Origin: Selaginella moellendorffii
Lineage: Eukaryota; Plantae; Lycopodiophyta
DNA: 64,000 nucleotides
Direction: 5' to 3'
Assembly (NCBI RefSeq): GCF_000143415.4
Contig: NW_003314265.1
Location: 2,807,181-2,871,180 of the forward strand
Shown here: one piece after another, positions 49,283-62,440 of the stretch
Layout of the letters: every line of letters begins with the position of its first letter
Position numbering within the stretch: the first letter of the stretch is position 1
Made by a program: the position numbers and the translations under genes
The notes under the pieces: generated by a model
Told to the model about the DNA's origin: nothing
Seen by the model: the letters and a program-made list of their open reading frames with translations, nothing else
Databases searched by the model: none

Positions 49283-51280
49283 TCTCGAACTTCTCAAGCT
49301 ACGCCGATCTCGACTCATGGGTCACATTCGAGCATCTCTGGAGCTGTCAACGTGCGGTACACCACAAGCTCTGGAGCACGCATTCACAAAGTAAGAATAT
49401 GTGCATGGTACTTTTTTAAAAATATCGGTGGCTCGTTTGAAGGATGAATGACGAGCTGCGGGATGTGGTGGGAACATCAGATTGCTGGGTATGTGGTGAT
49501 CTCTCTTCTTGTCTGATGGATTACTGCTGTTGCTGTGGTTAGAATTGGTGTGCGCAAAACAGGTCCTTGGTGGTGGTGCTTGGAGACGCACATGTGTATG
49601 TGTTTGGCGAGGCCCTTGCGTCAGTGATGCTGTGCCGAAGTGGGAAGGACGAGAGGCTAACTCGTCCAAGTTCTCTCCACCGTCTCAAAAATGCTAGCCC
49701 CCCGCAAAGTAGCAGCCTACCTTTTTATTACCACAAGGTACTAATGTTTATGTTGAAATTTGTAATCTGGAAGCTTGTGCACGCAGGAGCGGCTGACTAC
49801 AGCAGACTCTTACCTTATCGTTACGTCAAGACACCTAGAGCGTCACATGGATAGCGATTATACAAGCGTTTTCACCACTCGGATTGACGCACTTGTGAGT
49901 ATTGTATACTTCTGATCCGCAAACGAGCTTGTAATGGACAGGGCCTCGAGGAAGCGTGCCGCCAGATTGCCGGTACAGGGACTGATGAATGCAGGACATT
50001 CGCAGTAGTTGCTGTTGGAGAGCTGCTTCGACAGAAAGTGGCCAATGGAGTGACTCAAGAGGTGAGTGGACAGCTACACAGCGCTGCAGAGGACAAAGAG
50101 GAAGGCCCAATCGAAATATTTCCCGATCCTGCGGAGGAATCTGTGTCTGAAGACGAAAATGAGTACGAAAATGAGTTTGAAGATGAGTTTGAAGAGTTTC
50201 AAGACGAAGACGAGTTATATGGTGTTATACCCCATGGTTTGCGCCCCCTAGGTATGTACAGTACATCCATAAACTAATTGTAGCTATATAACCATATTAC
50301 TGTTTTCAGATAATGGGAACCCCCAATTACCCGAACCCGTCACCTCTTGCGAACCCCGACCTCGCAGGGACCCCTGCATAAGGGTGATGGACCTCAAGGT
50401 AATAATGCTTCAAATTTATCACTCTTGTTTTTTCGATTGTCCGAATTTGTGGTTTGAGGTTTAGTGGCTTTTGATCAGGAAGAGGACCTCAAGCTTGTTT
50501 GTAAAGTCGGCTCTTGCAAGTTTGTGATTAAAAGCGGGGACATAAGTGAGTGGTTTGTGGACGGAAAGAATGATGCTATTGTAATTCCTGTGGAAGGTCA
50601 AATACACAGAGGTAAAGCAAAGGGGTATTTGGCATTTGACATGAGCTTTTGTCTTTTCAGAAATATGTTATGCTACTGGTTCCTTTACTGGCTTGGATAT
50701 CATGTAATTGTCTTTCCTTATTTTGTTTTTATTATCTTTTAACTAACTTGTTTCTCAGCCCTTCAGCAGGACTGCCAGCATCTAAAATCATTATTACTCA
50801 AGGCCTAAAATACTCCAAAGTCAGGGAGACGGAAGCTGTGGAGCATCTTGGTCGCACTTACAGGTATGCCGGAGTGAGTAGCAAATTTAATACATTGTGC
50901 TTTTGCTATCACAGGGACGCTATATCATTTGCTTGCGGGGAGGGCGTTAAGCACATAGCGCTCCCAGCTATCTCCTGCGGACATGGCGGGTTTGTACTCA
51001 CACCTTCCTTCTTGGATACTGAGTTCGCATTGTATTTCAGGTTTCCTCTGGATAAAGCGGCATGGATTGCTGTAGAAAGCGTACAAAAGGCACTCAAAAG
51101 TGCTAAAGTGTCCATTGAGGTAAGCTGCCCTGAATTAGATATGCGTTTCTTAACTCTGTGTTCTAAATTCTAGGTTCACTTTGTCATAAAGGACGAACCC
51201 ACCTGGAGGGCATGGGTAGCTGCAACAGACCTCCTTGCATTTAAGGATTATGATGGCTACGTATCTTGTTGGAGCACTAG
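49283..51280 (+). CDS. Divergent macrodomain (MacroD-like) gene, possibly a pseudogene
   Basis: Exons encode KFVIKSGDISEWFVDGKNDAIV, LPASKIIITQG, YRDAISFA..GVKHIALPAISCGHGGFPLDKAAWIAV and EVHFV. Upstream acidic exon at 50130-50220. Confidence 0.7.
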
Positions 51281-51895
51281 ACCTCCCTTTTCATTCACCT
51301 CCTAAGGGATTCCACCTTTTCTTATTGAAGATCCTGAAAAAAAGTTCTAAAAAGTGGATAAAGAAAGTGTTTAAAAGAAGATATATCTAAACAAACCGAT
51401 GCTTATGTTCATAGAAAATTAATTCTCTCCAGGAAATTCACTAATTCACAACTCGGGCAGTAGCAGCCAACCGGTCTTCACCTTCAAAGACGAGTTCCAG
51501 AGCCTGTTCATCCAGTCCAACTCGTGTGACTACTTCGAGGTGGTACACAGGTTTTCAATTTTGAGAGAATTTCTTTTCCCTGGAAGCTTTCCAACACCGA
51601 CCGCTTCACCTGATTTTGGCCTATGGCATACAGCGGTGGAGCACCGCTTAAGATCAGCCTACCACCTGGATGGCATCCAAAGACACGAAGACAGTAGTGT
51701 TGATCCATCCAACCGGATGCGTGCAAATTCGACTCCTACCTGCACAAAAATTCTGGATTCTCCTCCCACGACTCCGACTCTGGAGCAAACTTAGATCACA
51801 TTGGTTTCAAACTTAGTTGCCTCAAGGCTCATTGAATACCAAAATGAATAAGCATATAATTTAACCTATTAGAATCTGTTATTAATCTAGGGATC

Positions 51896-52837
51896 ATGAA
51901 GCCGCTACTCTGTGCTCTCTTCATGGTGAGTTCCCTATACTTGTGCTATGTCTTCCTATTTGGCGAGCTGGCTAGTCAGAATGGTCTCAAGGACATAAAT
52001 TTTAGTGTAGACGGGAAAAACAGCTGGTCATATGGCACAGCAGGGAGTACTGGTCACAGGTCTAAGCAGGAGGACAGAGTGCTGGTTGTTTCAAGCCATG
52101 CCGACTTTGGTGTTTTTGGGGTGTTTGACGGCCACGGCAGTTCAGGGGCCAGTGACTTTGCAGCTAACACATTCTACCCCGTGTTCTCCAGACGCATCGC
52201 AGAAGGCCAGAGACTTGGCGAGGCTTTACAAATGGCAATCGAGGACGTGGAGAACATGTTCATGGAGAAGGCTCACAAGCAAGCATGGTACTCCGGCTCC
52301 ACAGCATGCATTGCAGTGGTCACTCCACAAGTGGCGATAGTGGGAAGCGTGGGCGACTCGAGAGCTCTGGTTTGTGTGGCACGGAAAAACTCAACAACGA
52401 ATTTGATAGAAATGGACAGCACTCAGCTCAGCAAAGATCACCACCCGGAGTTGGCAGAGGAGAGGCGTCGGATCGAGGCTGCCGGAGGCTTTGTCGAGTT
52501 TGGAGGAGTGAATGGAGAGCTAGCAGTGTCTCGGGTGATTGGAGACATGGAATTCAAAGCTTTTGGCGTGAGTGCACAAGCAAATGTTGTGGAGTACAGG
52601 ATTGAGAACAGTAATGAAGAGTTTCTGGTGCTTGCTTCGGACGGGATCTTCCAGAGGATGTCGAACCAGGACGTGTGTAACACAGTCATCATTGCTAGAG
52701 GATCTAGAGCACTGGATCATGAATCGAGGAGTGGACTTTCTCAGGTGGCTGCTGTGATGATCGTGGAGGACGCACTTGAAAGTGGGAGCAGTGACAATCT
52801 CTCGGTCATTGTTGTTCCTCTTGTGGGAGAGAGATAA
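51896..52837 (+). CDS. Protein phosphatase 2C, intronless, with hydrophobic N-terminus
   Basis: QEDR, VFDGHG, SGSTA, VGDSRA, DHHP, LAVSRVIGD, LASDG and DNLSV motifs. Confidence 0.93.
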   Translation: MKPLLCALFMVSSLYLCYVFLFGELASQNGLKDINFSVDGKNSWSYGTAGSTGHRSKQEDRVLVVSSHADFGVFGVFDGHGSSGASDFAANTFYPVFSRRIAEGQRLGEALQMAIEDVENMFMEKAHKQAWYSGSTACIAVVTPQVAIVGSVGDSRALVCVARKNSTTNLIEMDSTQLSKDHHPELAEERRRIEAAGGFVEFGGVNGELAVSRVIGDMEFKAFGVSAQANVVEYRIENSNEEFLVLASDGIFQRMSNQDVCNTVIIARGSRALDHESRSGLSQVAAVMIVEDALESGSSDNLSVIVVPLVGER

Positions 52838-53007
52838 CAACAATAAACTTTCATTGACGTTTCATTAAAGTTTAGTCCAAATATAGTAAAGATTGACATT
52901 CTTGATTCTCAAATGGGTTTTGGCCAAGAACCCTAAATTACCGCGGATTTAAACAGTACCGTCGATTCTAGACAATATGGGCCGTTCGATCCGGCCGCTC
53001 TCGTTTT

Positions 53008-55263
53008 ATGCGTTTGCTCCTCTCTTCCCTGCGTGACTCCCTAACCGATCTCTTGCGCCCCAATGCGATCCCCACCTCCGCCGCCTACGCCGCCGCGCTC
53101 CGCCAATGCGCCGATCTGGGCGCGCTCCAAGAGGGCCGCCGGATCCACGCCCACATCGCCAGCCACGGCCTCGACCGCGACACGTTCCTGGGCAACACCC
53201 TCGTCCAGATGTACGGCGCCTGCTCCTCCGCCCGGGACGCCCTCCAGGCGCTGGAGAGAATCCGCGAGAGGAACGTCTACTCGTGGACCATCATGGTCAA
53301 GGCTTATGCCCAGTCGGGGCATCTGGAGGACGCGCGGCGTACCTTCGACCAGATGCCTGCATGGAACGCGGTTACGTGGAACACGCTGCTGGCGGGGCTC
53401 CTTCACCACCGCCGGATCGACCTCGCCAACTTTGCCTTCGAGAAAATGCCCGAACGCGACATGTTTGCGTGGAACTTGATGCTCGCAGCATATGCCCAAA
53501 ACGGGCACATGCTGAAAGCCAGAGCGATGTTTGATTCTATTCCCAGTCCGGGGATCATCTCTTGGAACATCATGATCCAGGTGTACGGAAAGGAGGGGTT
53601 GACAGAACAAGCACTGAAAATCTTCCACTCCATGCTTCACAGAGATACCTACTCGTGGAACTCGCTCGTCGCGGCATTTGCCCAAAAGGGGGACCTGGAG
53701 CGCGCGAGGGTGGTGTTCGATCGGATGCCCGAGCAGAGCGTCGTGACGTGGACGGTCATGGTGTCCGGCTACGCGCAGCACGGCTGCCTGGACGAGGCGG
53801 CGGCGCTCTTCGAATCCATGCCCAACAAGGACGCCCCGACGTCCTCCTGGGCGTGGAACGCGCTCATCGCCGGATTCGGCGAGCTGGGCGACCTCCAATC
53901 CGCGCGCCGCCTCTTCGAAGCCATGCCCGTCCGCGACATCGCCTCCTGGAACTCGATCATCACGGGCTACGCCGAGAACGGCTGCCTGGACGACGCCAAG
54001 AGCCTGTTTGACGCCGCCGAGGAGCAAAACATCGTGTCGTGGAACTCGATGATCCGGGCCTACTCGCGCAACGCCGAGGTCGAGCGGGCGCGCGGGGTCT
54101 TCGATCGGATGCCCGGCCGCGACACGGTCTCCTGGAACGTCATGATCGCGGCGTACCTCCAGCACGGGAGCTTGGATCCCGCGAAGGATCTCTTTGATCT
54201 TTCCCCGCAGAGAGACACGGTGACCGAGACCGCGATGGTGTATGGATATGCCCAGGCCGGGCATCTGGCTGTATCAAGCGCCATCTTCGAGTCCATGAAG
54301 GAGAAGGATTCGGTCGCGTGGAATGTGATGATCGTGGCGTATGCGCAGAATGGTTTTCTAGCGGAGGCAGCGGAGGTTTTCGACCGAGCGCCGCGGCGAG
54401 ACGTTGCGTGCTGGAACTCGATGATCACCGCAAATGCCAAGAATGGGGATCTGGAGCGCGCCATTGCGATGTTTGAGAGGATCCCCAGCCGCGACTGCGC
54501 GTCGTGGGCGGTGATGATCTCCGGGCTGGGGCAGTCGGGCCTCTCCCGCGACGCGCGGCGCGTCTTCTCGTCGCTGGATCTCGAGGGCTGGCGGCCGGAC
54601 GAGGCCGTGATGGCGGGGATGATCGAGTCGTGCTGCGACGCCGCTGGGATCGCAAGCGCCCGCGAGTGCGCGGCGGAGCTGGGGCTGGAGTCCCGGCCCG
54701 CCATCGCGATCGCGCTCGTCAACGCCTACGCCAAGAGCGGCTTCCTGGAGACGGCGGCGGCGGTGTTCTTCCACGGCATCACCGCGGCTCGCGACGTGGT
54801 GGCGTGGACGACCATGATCACCGCCACCGCCCAGGCGGGCCACGGCGGCGCCGCTCGCGAGCTCTTCCAGTCCATGCAGCTCCACGGGATCAAGCCCAAC
54901 AGCGTTACCTATCTCAACATCCTGTGCGCTTGCAGCTACGCGGGGCTCGTGATCGATGCCTGCTGCTACTTGCGATCCTCCATCGGGGACTACTGGATCG
55001 CGCCCAAGATGGATCACTTCGTGTGCCTGGTAGACATTCTAGGGCGCGCGGGGATGATCGCCGAGGCGGAGGAGGCGCTGCGCGGCATGCCCTACGAGGC
55101 CGACTCCATCGCCTGGTTGACGATGCTGGCGGCGTGCAAGAACCACGGCGAATCGCGGCGGGGGACGGCAGCCGCGGCGGCGATCCACGAGCTGGAGCCC
55201 GGCGCCGCGGCGCTCTATCTCCTTTCAAGCAATATGAGCGTGGAGGAAGCCCACGAGATTTAG
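53008..55263 (+). CDS. PLS-class pentatricopeptide repeat protein
   Basis: Tandem S-type PPR motifs; [13 protein letters not shown] and an E-like C-terminus. Confidence 0.95.
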   Translation: MRLLLSSLRDSLTDLLRPNAIPTSAAYAAALRQCADLGALQEGRRIHAHIASHGLDRDTFLGNTLVQMYGACSSARDALQALERIRERNVYSWTIMVKAYAQSGHLEDARRTFDQMPAWNAVTWNTLLAGLLHHRRIDLANFAFEKMPERDMFAWNLMLAAYAQNGHMLKARAMFDSIPSPGIISWNIMIQVYGKEGLTEQALKIFHSMLHRDTYSWNSLVAAFAQKGDLERARVVFDRMPEQSVVTWTVMVSGYAQHGCLDEAAALFESMPNKDAPTSSWAWNALIAGFGELGDLQSARRLFEAMPVRDIASWNSIITGYAENGCLDDAKSLFDAAEEQNIVSWNSMIRAYSRNAEVERARGVFDRMPGRDTVSWNVMIAAYLQHGSLDPAKDLFDLSPQRDTVTETAMVYGYAQAGHLAVSSAIFESMKEKDSVAWNVMIVAYAQNGFLAEAAEVFDRAPRRDVACWNSMITANAKNGDLERAIAMFERIPSRDCASWAVMISGLGQSGLSRDARRVFSSLDLEGWRPDEAVMAGMIESCCDAAGIASARECAAELGLESRPAIAIALVNAYAKSGFLETAAAVFFHGITAARDVVAWTTMITATAQAGHGGAARELFQSMQLHGIKPNSVTYLNILCACSYAGLVIDACCYLRSSIGDYWIAPKMDHFVCLVDILGRAGMIAEAEEALRGMPYEADSIAWLTMLAACKNHGESRRGTAAAAAIHELEPGAAALYLLSSNMSVEEAHEI

Positions 55264-55280
55264 GGTTAGGGCTCTTGGCC

Positions 55281-58200
55281 ATGGCCGGGGAGGAAAGGGC
55301 GCTCAAGACGTGGGTGAGCGACGAGCTCCAGGAGATCCAGGGCTTCTCCGAGGCGGCCGTGGTGTCGTTCGTCATCGGGCTTGCGAAATCGGCGACGAGC
55401 TCCGCGGTGCTCGCGTCGCGGCTCAAGGAGAACTCGTTCCCGCCTGGCCAGGTAACGGACAGGCTCGCCCGCGAGCTCTTCGCAAGGGTTCCTCGCAAGA
55501 AATCGGGGCTCAGCGGCTACCAGCAGGCGGAGATCGAGGCGGCGAGGTATGCCCGCAAGCAGGAGGAGTACAAGCTCGTGGCTGGGGACGACGAGGGGAA
55601 TGTAGCGCCATCGCCATCGCCAGCGGCGAAGAAACAATCCAAGCATGGCAATCTTCGAAAGCGCGGGAAGGAGGAGGAGAACGAGGACGAGGACGTGGGG
55701 ATTCTGTCCAAGCGGGGGCGGCGGACGCTCGAGGAGGAGGAGGAGGTGGAGAGGGAGCGGGCCAGGGAGAAGGATCAGCGGGAGAAGGAGGAGCTGGAGG
55801 CCAGGCTGAAGGAGAGGGACGAGGCTAGCACCAGAAAGGTGATGGAGCACAAGATTTCTCGCGAGCAAGAGGAGGAGAACAAGCGGCGCTTGCAAGCACA
55901 GGAGAGTGACGAGGGGCTGAAGGTGGCGAGGGAGATCTCTCGCCAGTCCTACCTCAAGAAGAGGCAAGAGAAGAAGCTAGAGGAGCTCAAGGACACGCTC
56001 ATCGACGAGGAGTTGCTGTTCGCGGAGGTGAAGCTGACGGCGAGGGAGAAGAAGGAGAAGGCGTACAAGCAGGAGGTGTTTGATCTGGCCATGAAGATGA
56101 CCAAGGACACGAACGACATCGTCGGATACCAGATTCCAGAGGCCTACGACGATGAAATCTCCAGGGTCAAGCAGGAGAGGCGCTTCGCGGTGGCCCTGGA
56201 GCGCTACAAGGACCCGGATCCTGAGGACAGGGCTATACCCTTTGCCGAGCAGGACGCTTGGGAGGACTACCAGAGCGGGAAAGCCAAGATGAAATTCGGT
56301 GCCGCGGACAAGAAGAAGGCTGACGAGTACGAGTTTGTGTTCGAAGACCAAGTCCAGTTCGTCCAAGCCGATATCATGTCCGGCGAGAACGAGCCCATGG
56401 ATGAAAAGGAGAGCAGGAAAGCTGCGGCGCAAACGGAGCACGAGCACATTCTTGAGGAGAGAAAGAAGCTGCCAATCTATCCATACCGGCAGGAGCTACT
56501 GGATGCCATAGAGCAGTACCAGGTTCTTGTGATAGTGGGAGAGACGGGGTCGGGGAAGACGACGCAGATACCACAGTATCTTCACGAAGCCGGCTACACT
56601 GAGCGTGGAAAGATCGGGTGCACTCAGCCCCGGAGGGTGGCGGCGATGAGTGTGGCGGCTCGAGTGGCCCAAGAGATGAATGTGAAGCTCGGGCATGAGG
56701 TGGGCTATTCGATTCGGTTTGAAGATTGCACCTCGGAAAAGACTAAGCTCAAGTACATGACAGACGGTATGCTACTGCGTGAGTTTCTGGGCGAGCCGGA
56801 TCTCAAGAGCTACAGCGTGATGATCGTCGACGAGGCTCATGAGCGGACCGTCTCGACGGACGTCCTCTTTGGGCTGATGAAGGACATCACTCGCTTCCGG
56901 CAAGATCTCAAGGTGCTGATCTCCAGTGCGACCTTGGACGCCGAGAAGTTCTCCAAGTACTTTGATGACGCCCCGATCTTTACCATTCCGGGAAGGCGAT
57001 ATCCAGTGGACATGATGTTCACCAAGGCTCCGGAGGCCGACTACTTGGACGCTGCTGTTGTGACGGTGCTGCAGATCCACATCACGCAGCCCCCCGGCGG
57101 AGACATCCTCGTGTTCCTGACGGGTCAGGAGGAGATCGAGGCAGCGGAGGAGATTTTAAAGCAGAGAACGAGGGGCTTGGGGTCCAGGATAGCGGAGCTG
57201 ATAATCTGTCCCATCTACGCCAACCTTCCATCCGACTTGCAAGCAAAGATCTTCGAGCCGACCCCCCCTGGAGCACGAAAGGTGGTGCTCGCGACAAACA
57301 TTGCCGAGACGTCCTTGACGATTGACGGGATCAAGTACGTGGTCGACCCCGGCTTTTGCAAGCAGAAGAGCTTCAACCCGAGGACCGGGATGGAGTCGCT
57401 GATCGTGGCTCCAATCTCCAAGGCGGCGGCGATGCAGAGAGCCGGACGAGCAGGGCGGACGTCCCCCGGCAAGTGCTTCCGCCTCTACACGCAGTGGTCG
57501 TTCAACAACGAGATGGAGGACAACACGGTACCGGAGATCCAGCGGACCAACTTGGGCAACATCGTGCTCATGCTCAAGAGCCTGGGCATCAACGACCTCA
57601 TGAACTTCGACTTCATGGATCCTCCCCCTGCGGAGACGCTGATGAGGGCCCTGGAGCAGCTGTACGCGCTGGGCTCGCTCAACGATCGCGGCGAGCTGAC
57701 GAAGCTGGGGAGGAGGATGGCCGAGTTCCCGCTGGACCCAATGCTGTCCAAGATGATCGTGGCGTCGGACAAGTTCAAGTGCTCCGAGGAGATCATCTCC
57801 ATCGCCGCGATGCTCTCGGTTGGCAACGCCATCTTCTACCGGCCAAAGGACAAGCAGGTCCACGCCGACACGGCCCGCATGAACTTCCACTCCGGAAATG
57901 TTGGCGACCACATCGCGCTCATGCGCGTCTACGACTCGTGGAAGGAGACCAACTACAGCTCCAACTGGTGCTACGAGAACTACATCCAGGTGCGCAGCAT
58001 GAAGCGGGCTCGCGACATCCGGGACCAGCTCCAGTCGCTGCTGGAGCGGGTGGAGATCGAGCTGACAAGCAACGCAAACGACCTGGAGGCGATCAAGAAG
58101 ACGGTGACGGCAGGCTTCTTCTACCACACGGCGCAGATCCAGAAGAACGGCTCGTACAAGACGGTGAAGAACCCGCAGGTGGTGCACATCCATCCCAGCT

Positions 58201-58403
58201 CGGGACTCTCGCAGGTGCTGCCGCGGTGGGTGGTGTACAACGAGCTGGTGCTCACCACCAAGGAGTACATGAGGAATGTGATCGAAGTGAAGAAGGACTG
58301 GCTCGTGGAGATCGCGCCGCACTACTACAAGAAGCAGGACGTGGAAGATGTTGGCGCTGGGAAAATGCCGCGGGGGAAAGGGAGGGCCGCGTCCACGGCC
58401 TAG
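55281..58403 (+). CDS. DHX16: Pre-mRNA splicing DEAH-box RNA helicase, Prp2/DHX16 (ESP3/DEAH1-like), intronless
   Basis: [10 protein letters not shown]-terminus, [38 protein letters not shown] and [10 protein letters not shown]. True start is ATG 55281. Confidence 0.95.
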   Translation: MAGEERALKTWVSDELQEIQGFSEAAVVSFVIGLAKSATSSAVLASRLKENSFPPGQVTDRLARELFARVPRKKSGLSGYQQAEIEAARYARKQEEYKLVAGDDEGNVAPSPSPAAKKQSKHGNLRKRGKEEENEDEDVGILSKRGRRTLEEEEEVERERAREKDQREKEELEARLKERDEASTRKVMEHKISREQEEENKRRLQAQESDEGLKVAREISRQSYLKKRQEKKLEELKDTLIDEELLFAEVKLTAREKKEKAYKQEVFDLAMKMTKDTNDIVGYQIPEAYDDEISRVKQERRFAVALERYKDPDPEDRAIPFAEQDAWEDYQSGKAKMKFGAADKKKADEYEFVFEDQVQFVQADIMSGENEPMDEKESRKAAAQTEHEHILEERKKLPIYPYRQELLDAIEQYQVLVIVGETGSGKTTQIPQYLHEAGYTERGKIGCTQPRRVAAMSVAARVAQEMNVKLGHEVGYSIRFEDCTSEKTKLKYMTDGMLLREFLGEPDLKSYSVMIVDEAHERTVSTDVLFGLMKDITRFRQDLKVLISSATLDAEKFSKYFDDAPIFTIPGRRYPVDMMFTKAPEADYLDAAVVTVLQIHITQPPGGDILVFLTGQEEIEAAEEILKQRTRGLGSRIAELIICPIYANLPSDLQAKIFEPTPPGARKVVLATNIAETSLTIDGIKYVVDPGFCKQKSFNPRTGMESLIVAPISKAAAMQRAGRAGRTSPGKCFRLYTQWSFNNEMEDNTVPEIQRTNLGNIVLMLKSLGINDLMNFDFMDPPPAETLMRALEQLYALGSLNDRGELTKLGRRMAEFPLDPMLSKMIVASDKFKCSEEIISIAAMLSVGNAIFYRPKDKQVHADTARMNFHSGNVGDHIALMRVYDSWKETNYSSNWCYENYIQVRSMKRARDIRDQLQSLLERVEIELTSNANDLEAIKKTVTAGFFYHTAQIQKNGSYKTVKNPQVVHIHPSSGLSQVLPRWVVYNELVLTTKEYMRNVIEVKKDWLVEIAPHYYKKQDVEDVGAGKMPRGKGRAASTA

Positions 58404-58409
58404 CTTGCG

Positions 58410-58565
58410 CTTGCTCGATCCAAGCAAGAGCTCTATTGTGGAGAATGCTTTACTTGATCCAAGCAAGAGCTCTTCTGTGGAGAAGAAGAGGTTGCTTTGC
58501 TTGATCCAAGCAAGAGCGCTACTGTGGAGAAAGAGCTTGCTGTGCTTGATCCAAGCAAGAGCTGA
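58410..58565. repeat. ~40-48-bp tandem repeat x4 (TTGATCCAAGCAAGAGC core) between convergent genes
   Basis: Directly visible. Confidence 0.9.
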
Positions 58566-58656
58566 GTTTGGTAACTTTGAGATGTGAGATGTATCATACA
58601 AAAAATTAAAGAGATGTGGATGGCGACTCTAAATTTTTTTTTGGTCTTCCTTGATA

Positions 58657-61600
58657 CTATATTGGTACAGCGTGGTCTTCTTCTTCTTCGAGCAATGGTT
58701 TGAGGAGCTCGAGCACAGCATTCTTCTGAGCGGTCATGGCTACCACCACAGCGTCGCGCGCTTTCTCGCAGCTCTGTGGATCCGCGAAAGCTAGAGTCCA
58801 GCGACCGTCGACTCGTTTCGTGCGACTGGGGGGCTTGGTTTGCTTGCGGTGAGGCCATTGCGGTGGCCGGATTCTTAGATGGAGCCACCGCTTGTGTTCC
58901 TCGTCAATCTCGGGCTGGAACAACCAAAGTTTAAGCGAACTTAGGAACTTAGATTTTCTTACCAGGCAGCCAGCCAAAGGAGCTATGACACGAATGACCC
59001 CCTTGGGCGAGACGCCGTCGGCCAAAACGAGCCAGCCCGCTGTGAAACTTACGGTTGGTACGAGATACATGTCGCGCTCTTTGCCTCTCTCGAATGCAAT
59101 CCGGCACGGTAGCGCGTCCACGGAGCCTGCAAGATTGTCATCACGGTTTTCGAGTGTAGTTGTGAGGTAACTTACTTAAATCCACCTCGGTGCCTACTTT
59201 CGCTACATATTCGCCGCTGGATGACATGTCTAGAGGGAGTGCTTCTGGGACCGACTCGCCAATCAGAAGATGAAGTAGCTGGTGCAGGGCCACAAAAACC
59301 TGCGCTTTCTTTCATAAGTTTATAAGTTAAGAAGGGAGAGTTAAAACTAACCTGTATAGCTTCCTGCATCCTATCGGCGACTACAGAAGACGAGAATCTG
59401 TCTGGAGATAATCGAAAATCAGAATAACATAGGCAAAAAGAGTGTAGTACTTTTACCATCCAAAATCTTCCTTTGTGCTTGAATAAGTAGAGTTGTCGAA
59501 TCATCTCGATAATAAGAGCCTTCCAGAGCTGGCAATGGTCGAATCAGAACCGTGACAAACTAAAGATAAAACATCGATACCTTTCCGAGATTTTTGCCAG
59601 ACTTCAACGACAACAAACGGAATAGCATCACACCAGCAGTCGTCTAGTTCTTTTAGAACAGCCTCTTTAGCTTCTATGCGTGCAGTCTGCAGAAACAACT
59701 CGTGTCAGAAACAGCTTATACAAAGAAAGAAAAGACTTACACGAATCATAGCAATCCTCGAGCTGTGGACACTATTTTCCTGATGGTAAGGAAATATTTG
59801 CCGCAGCAAAGCACCACATTGCCATAACGCTTCTATGCAAGGTGGTGGACGCCTGCATAATAGCTCCAGAAGCTTCTTCACGACCTTCAACGTTCCAAAT
59901 CATACTTTCAGCTCTTTACGTAAACAGGTAGCAAATTCTTACCGCTTCTTGCATACGCACGAAAGAGTTACACTTGGCATTTCTATCGTTTCTGGTAGCT
60001 CTGCAGAAGTTTGTGCCACGAAGCCTTTTTCCATCAACAGTTTTCTCACTTTCAACCTGAAGAAGCAGCACAATAAAAACCAGTACAAAAGATTGAGCAC
60101 TTACCGCTAATGTGGAATAGTCGCAAACATCAAGGGTATCCTCGTCGCCAAACAGCTCTTCGTCTGAATTGCTTCCCATCAAAGCTTGCTGCAAAAAAAG
60201 TTTGCAAAAAACTGTCGTGAGCAAGGGACATAGTAAACAAGTCACAAACCAAAAGGCGTCTTTTATGTTGTTTCAAACGAGGAAGAAGTCCAAGTACTTC
60301 CAAAATTGCATCATCCACTGTTTAGAGGCCGAACTTAGAAACAATTGTAACAATGATGCACCGATTACCTTCATTGTGAAGAAGAGCCAGTAAAAACGTC
60401 ACGGAAGCCACAATAACCCTGTCGCTATCAGATATAACATGTGACAGAACCAGCTCCCTGCACAGCAACGACATTAGAATGAGCGTCGTGTTTTTACGAG
60501 TAAAAAGCTCACAGACTACATTGGACACAAAGAAGAGACGCCATTTTCCCGGGTCAGGTCTGAAGCACTCAAGGGACGACGTTCCTGTTCCGGCGGCGAG
60601 CTATCAAGAAAGGATTCACAAACGAGCGCGGCAGCGACACCATTTGCCAACGGTTTGTGTCTGATGAGGCACAAAACACGAGCAAGCAGATAGAGCGCAG
60701 AGAGAGCATTTTCCTGTAATCGCCAAATGATCAAAAGGAAAAAACGAAACACACGTCCAGCAAAAATGGTACGTACTGAAGCAAGTGAACACAAGAGCGG
60801 GAGCACAAAAACATGCATCAAGTTATCCGTCATTGCGCGAGCCAAACCAGGGATGCCAGCAGAGACAATATCGTTGCAATAATCAAGGATCTCCTCCGTC
60901 TCTGCTATACATCCTTCTAATCTTGATTTACTCTGAAGTGGCTCATGATTCCTGGAAATACTACTTATTAGCAGGACATTTACACACTACTGAAAAAAGT
61001 CGTACCTTTCGGCATCGGCCATCAAAGCATGCAGTGAAAAACTCTTTTCTTTAAGGAAGCCCACGATGTCGGCGATGTATCCCACAGCCTTATCGCTTGA
61101 AACAAACTTTCTCACGCTGTCGTCATTCACTAACAAGACAAGACACGGTTGCAGCGCAAAACACGAACAATGTAGAATAGCTTTACCATGATATATGTTC
61201 AAAGTGAGGGTTCGTACTGCTATTCGCACCATACTTTCTTCGTGCCGAAAGAACTTGATCCCTTCTGTGTAAAGTGGGAACGACACCACATTGTCCTGCA
61301 AGAACGTTCTACAGTCATGTTATCAGAAATGAACAGACGCAACATACATTTTCGGTTGTTATGAAGAACGATATTGTGGTCTGATCAAGCTTTGTGCTTG
61401 TTGTTCTACAAGAAAGGAAAAAATAAAGGCAACCAGAAAGTCGAAGGTGTATTTACCTTAGAAAAGAAATGTAGTAGGCCAGCAGTTCTTCGTCCCGGAA
61501 GTCATAGGGATACGTGATAAAGTGGTTAAGGTACCCATTGCTAAATATATAGTCTGCCACACCAACAGCAAAACGTAAGGCCCATCCCTCTAGGAAAAAA

Positions 61601-62122
61601 AAAAGAAAAAACATTACATATGGCATGGTCACTCCGAATGTTTTGAACCATGATGTTGATAGTCTGTAGTAATTGGACCACAACAGCCGTGGTGTTGCTG
61701 CTAAGCTCGAGAATTTGCAGAAACAAAACCATTACTTGCTTCTCCATAAAGTACCTGTGAATAACAATCATCTCTCCATCCAAATCGAGAGAATGCTAGG
61801 TTCTTACTCAAAAATCGAAGCGTCTCGTTGATCACCCCATATCATAAGCTCCGCCATGGATCTAAGTATCTCTACCACCGAGTCCTAGTAACAAAAGAAA
61901 AAATTAAAAATTAAATTCCGCGCGGTAGAACTAGAAGAGATGGTGGATCCAATCCACACCTTATTCAAGTCATTGACAAAGCTGATCCTTTGCAATTGCT
62001 CAGTGAGAAATCTGGCGAGAAAACCATTCCGGGTGAGAAGAGAAGGGCGAGGAAAGAGAATTCAGCCAAACGTACTTGAGCTCGTCGAGCGAGAATCTCT
62101 CCCGCCGCCTCCACGGCCACAT
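58657..62122 (-). CDS. TT9: TRANSPARENT TESTA 9 / GFS9 (CLEC16A-like FPL domain), many exons
   Basis: MWPWRRRERFSLDELKY, YFMEKQVM, QLLQTINIMVQN, DEELLAYYISFLR, FPLYTEGIKFFRHEESMVRIAVRTLTLNIY and WLHLRIRP..DGRWTLAF. Confidence 0.92.
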
Positions 62123-62440
62123 CGTAGCAGCGCCTCCTCCCGACAGCTAGACCACTCCCTACGGCCGCCACAGCACGACCGCGCACAGGGCACTCCCGCT
62201 GGACGCTAGCGGCGGCGCTACCACAATCGGCAGGCATTGCATCAAGGTGTCGAGGAAATGGAGCACCAGGCGCACAACAACGATCCAAACCCCAGAGTTC
62301 AGCATGTAGAGCCGACTTCCCGCGAGCTGGGAGCCAGGATCTAAGCGCGGCGGATCCAAAATCCGGGAGAATTGGAGCCGATGCGCGAGAACCTACAAAC
62401 AAACGGGGGTCACAAGCCCTAGAATCGTGTCCAGAGCATA

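Noticed and set aside
54504-55280. 1299-aa ORF as an N-terminally extended helicase
   Set aside because: The extension is an alternate frame of the GC-rich PPR CDS; homologue-like sequence begins at ATG 55281.
57156-58601. 481-aa minus-strand ORF and similar long antisense ORFs over GC-rich genes
   Set aside because: Expected from high-GC3 codon bias on the sense strand.
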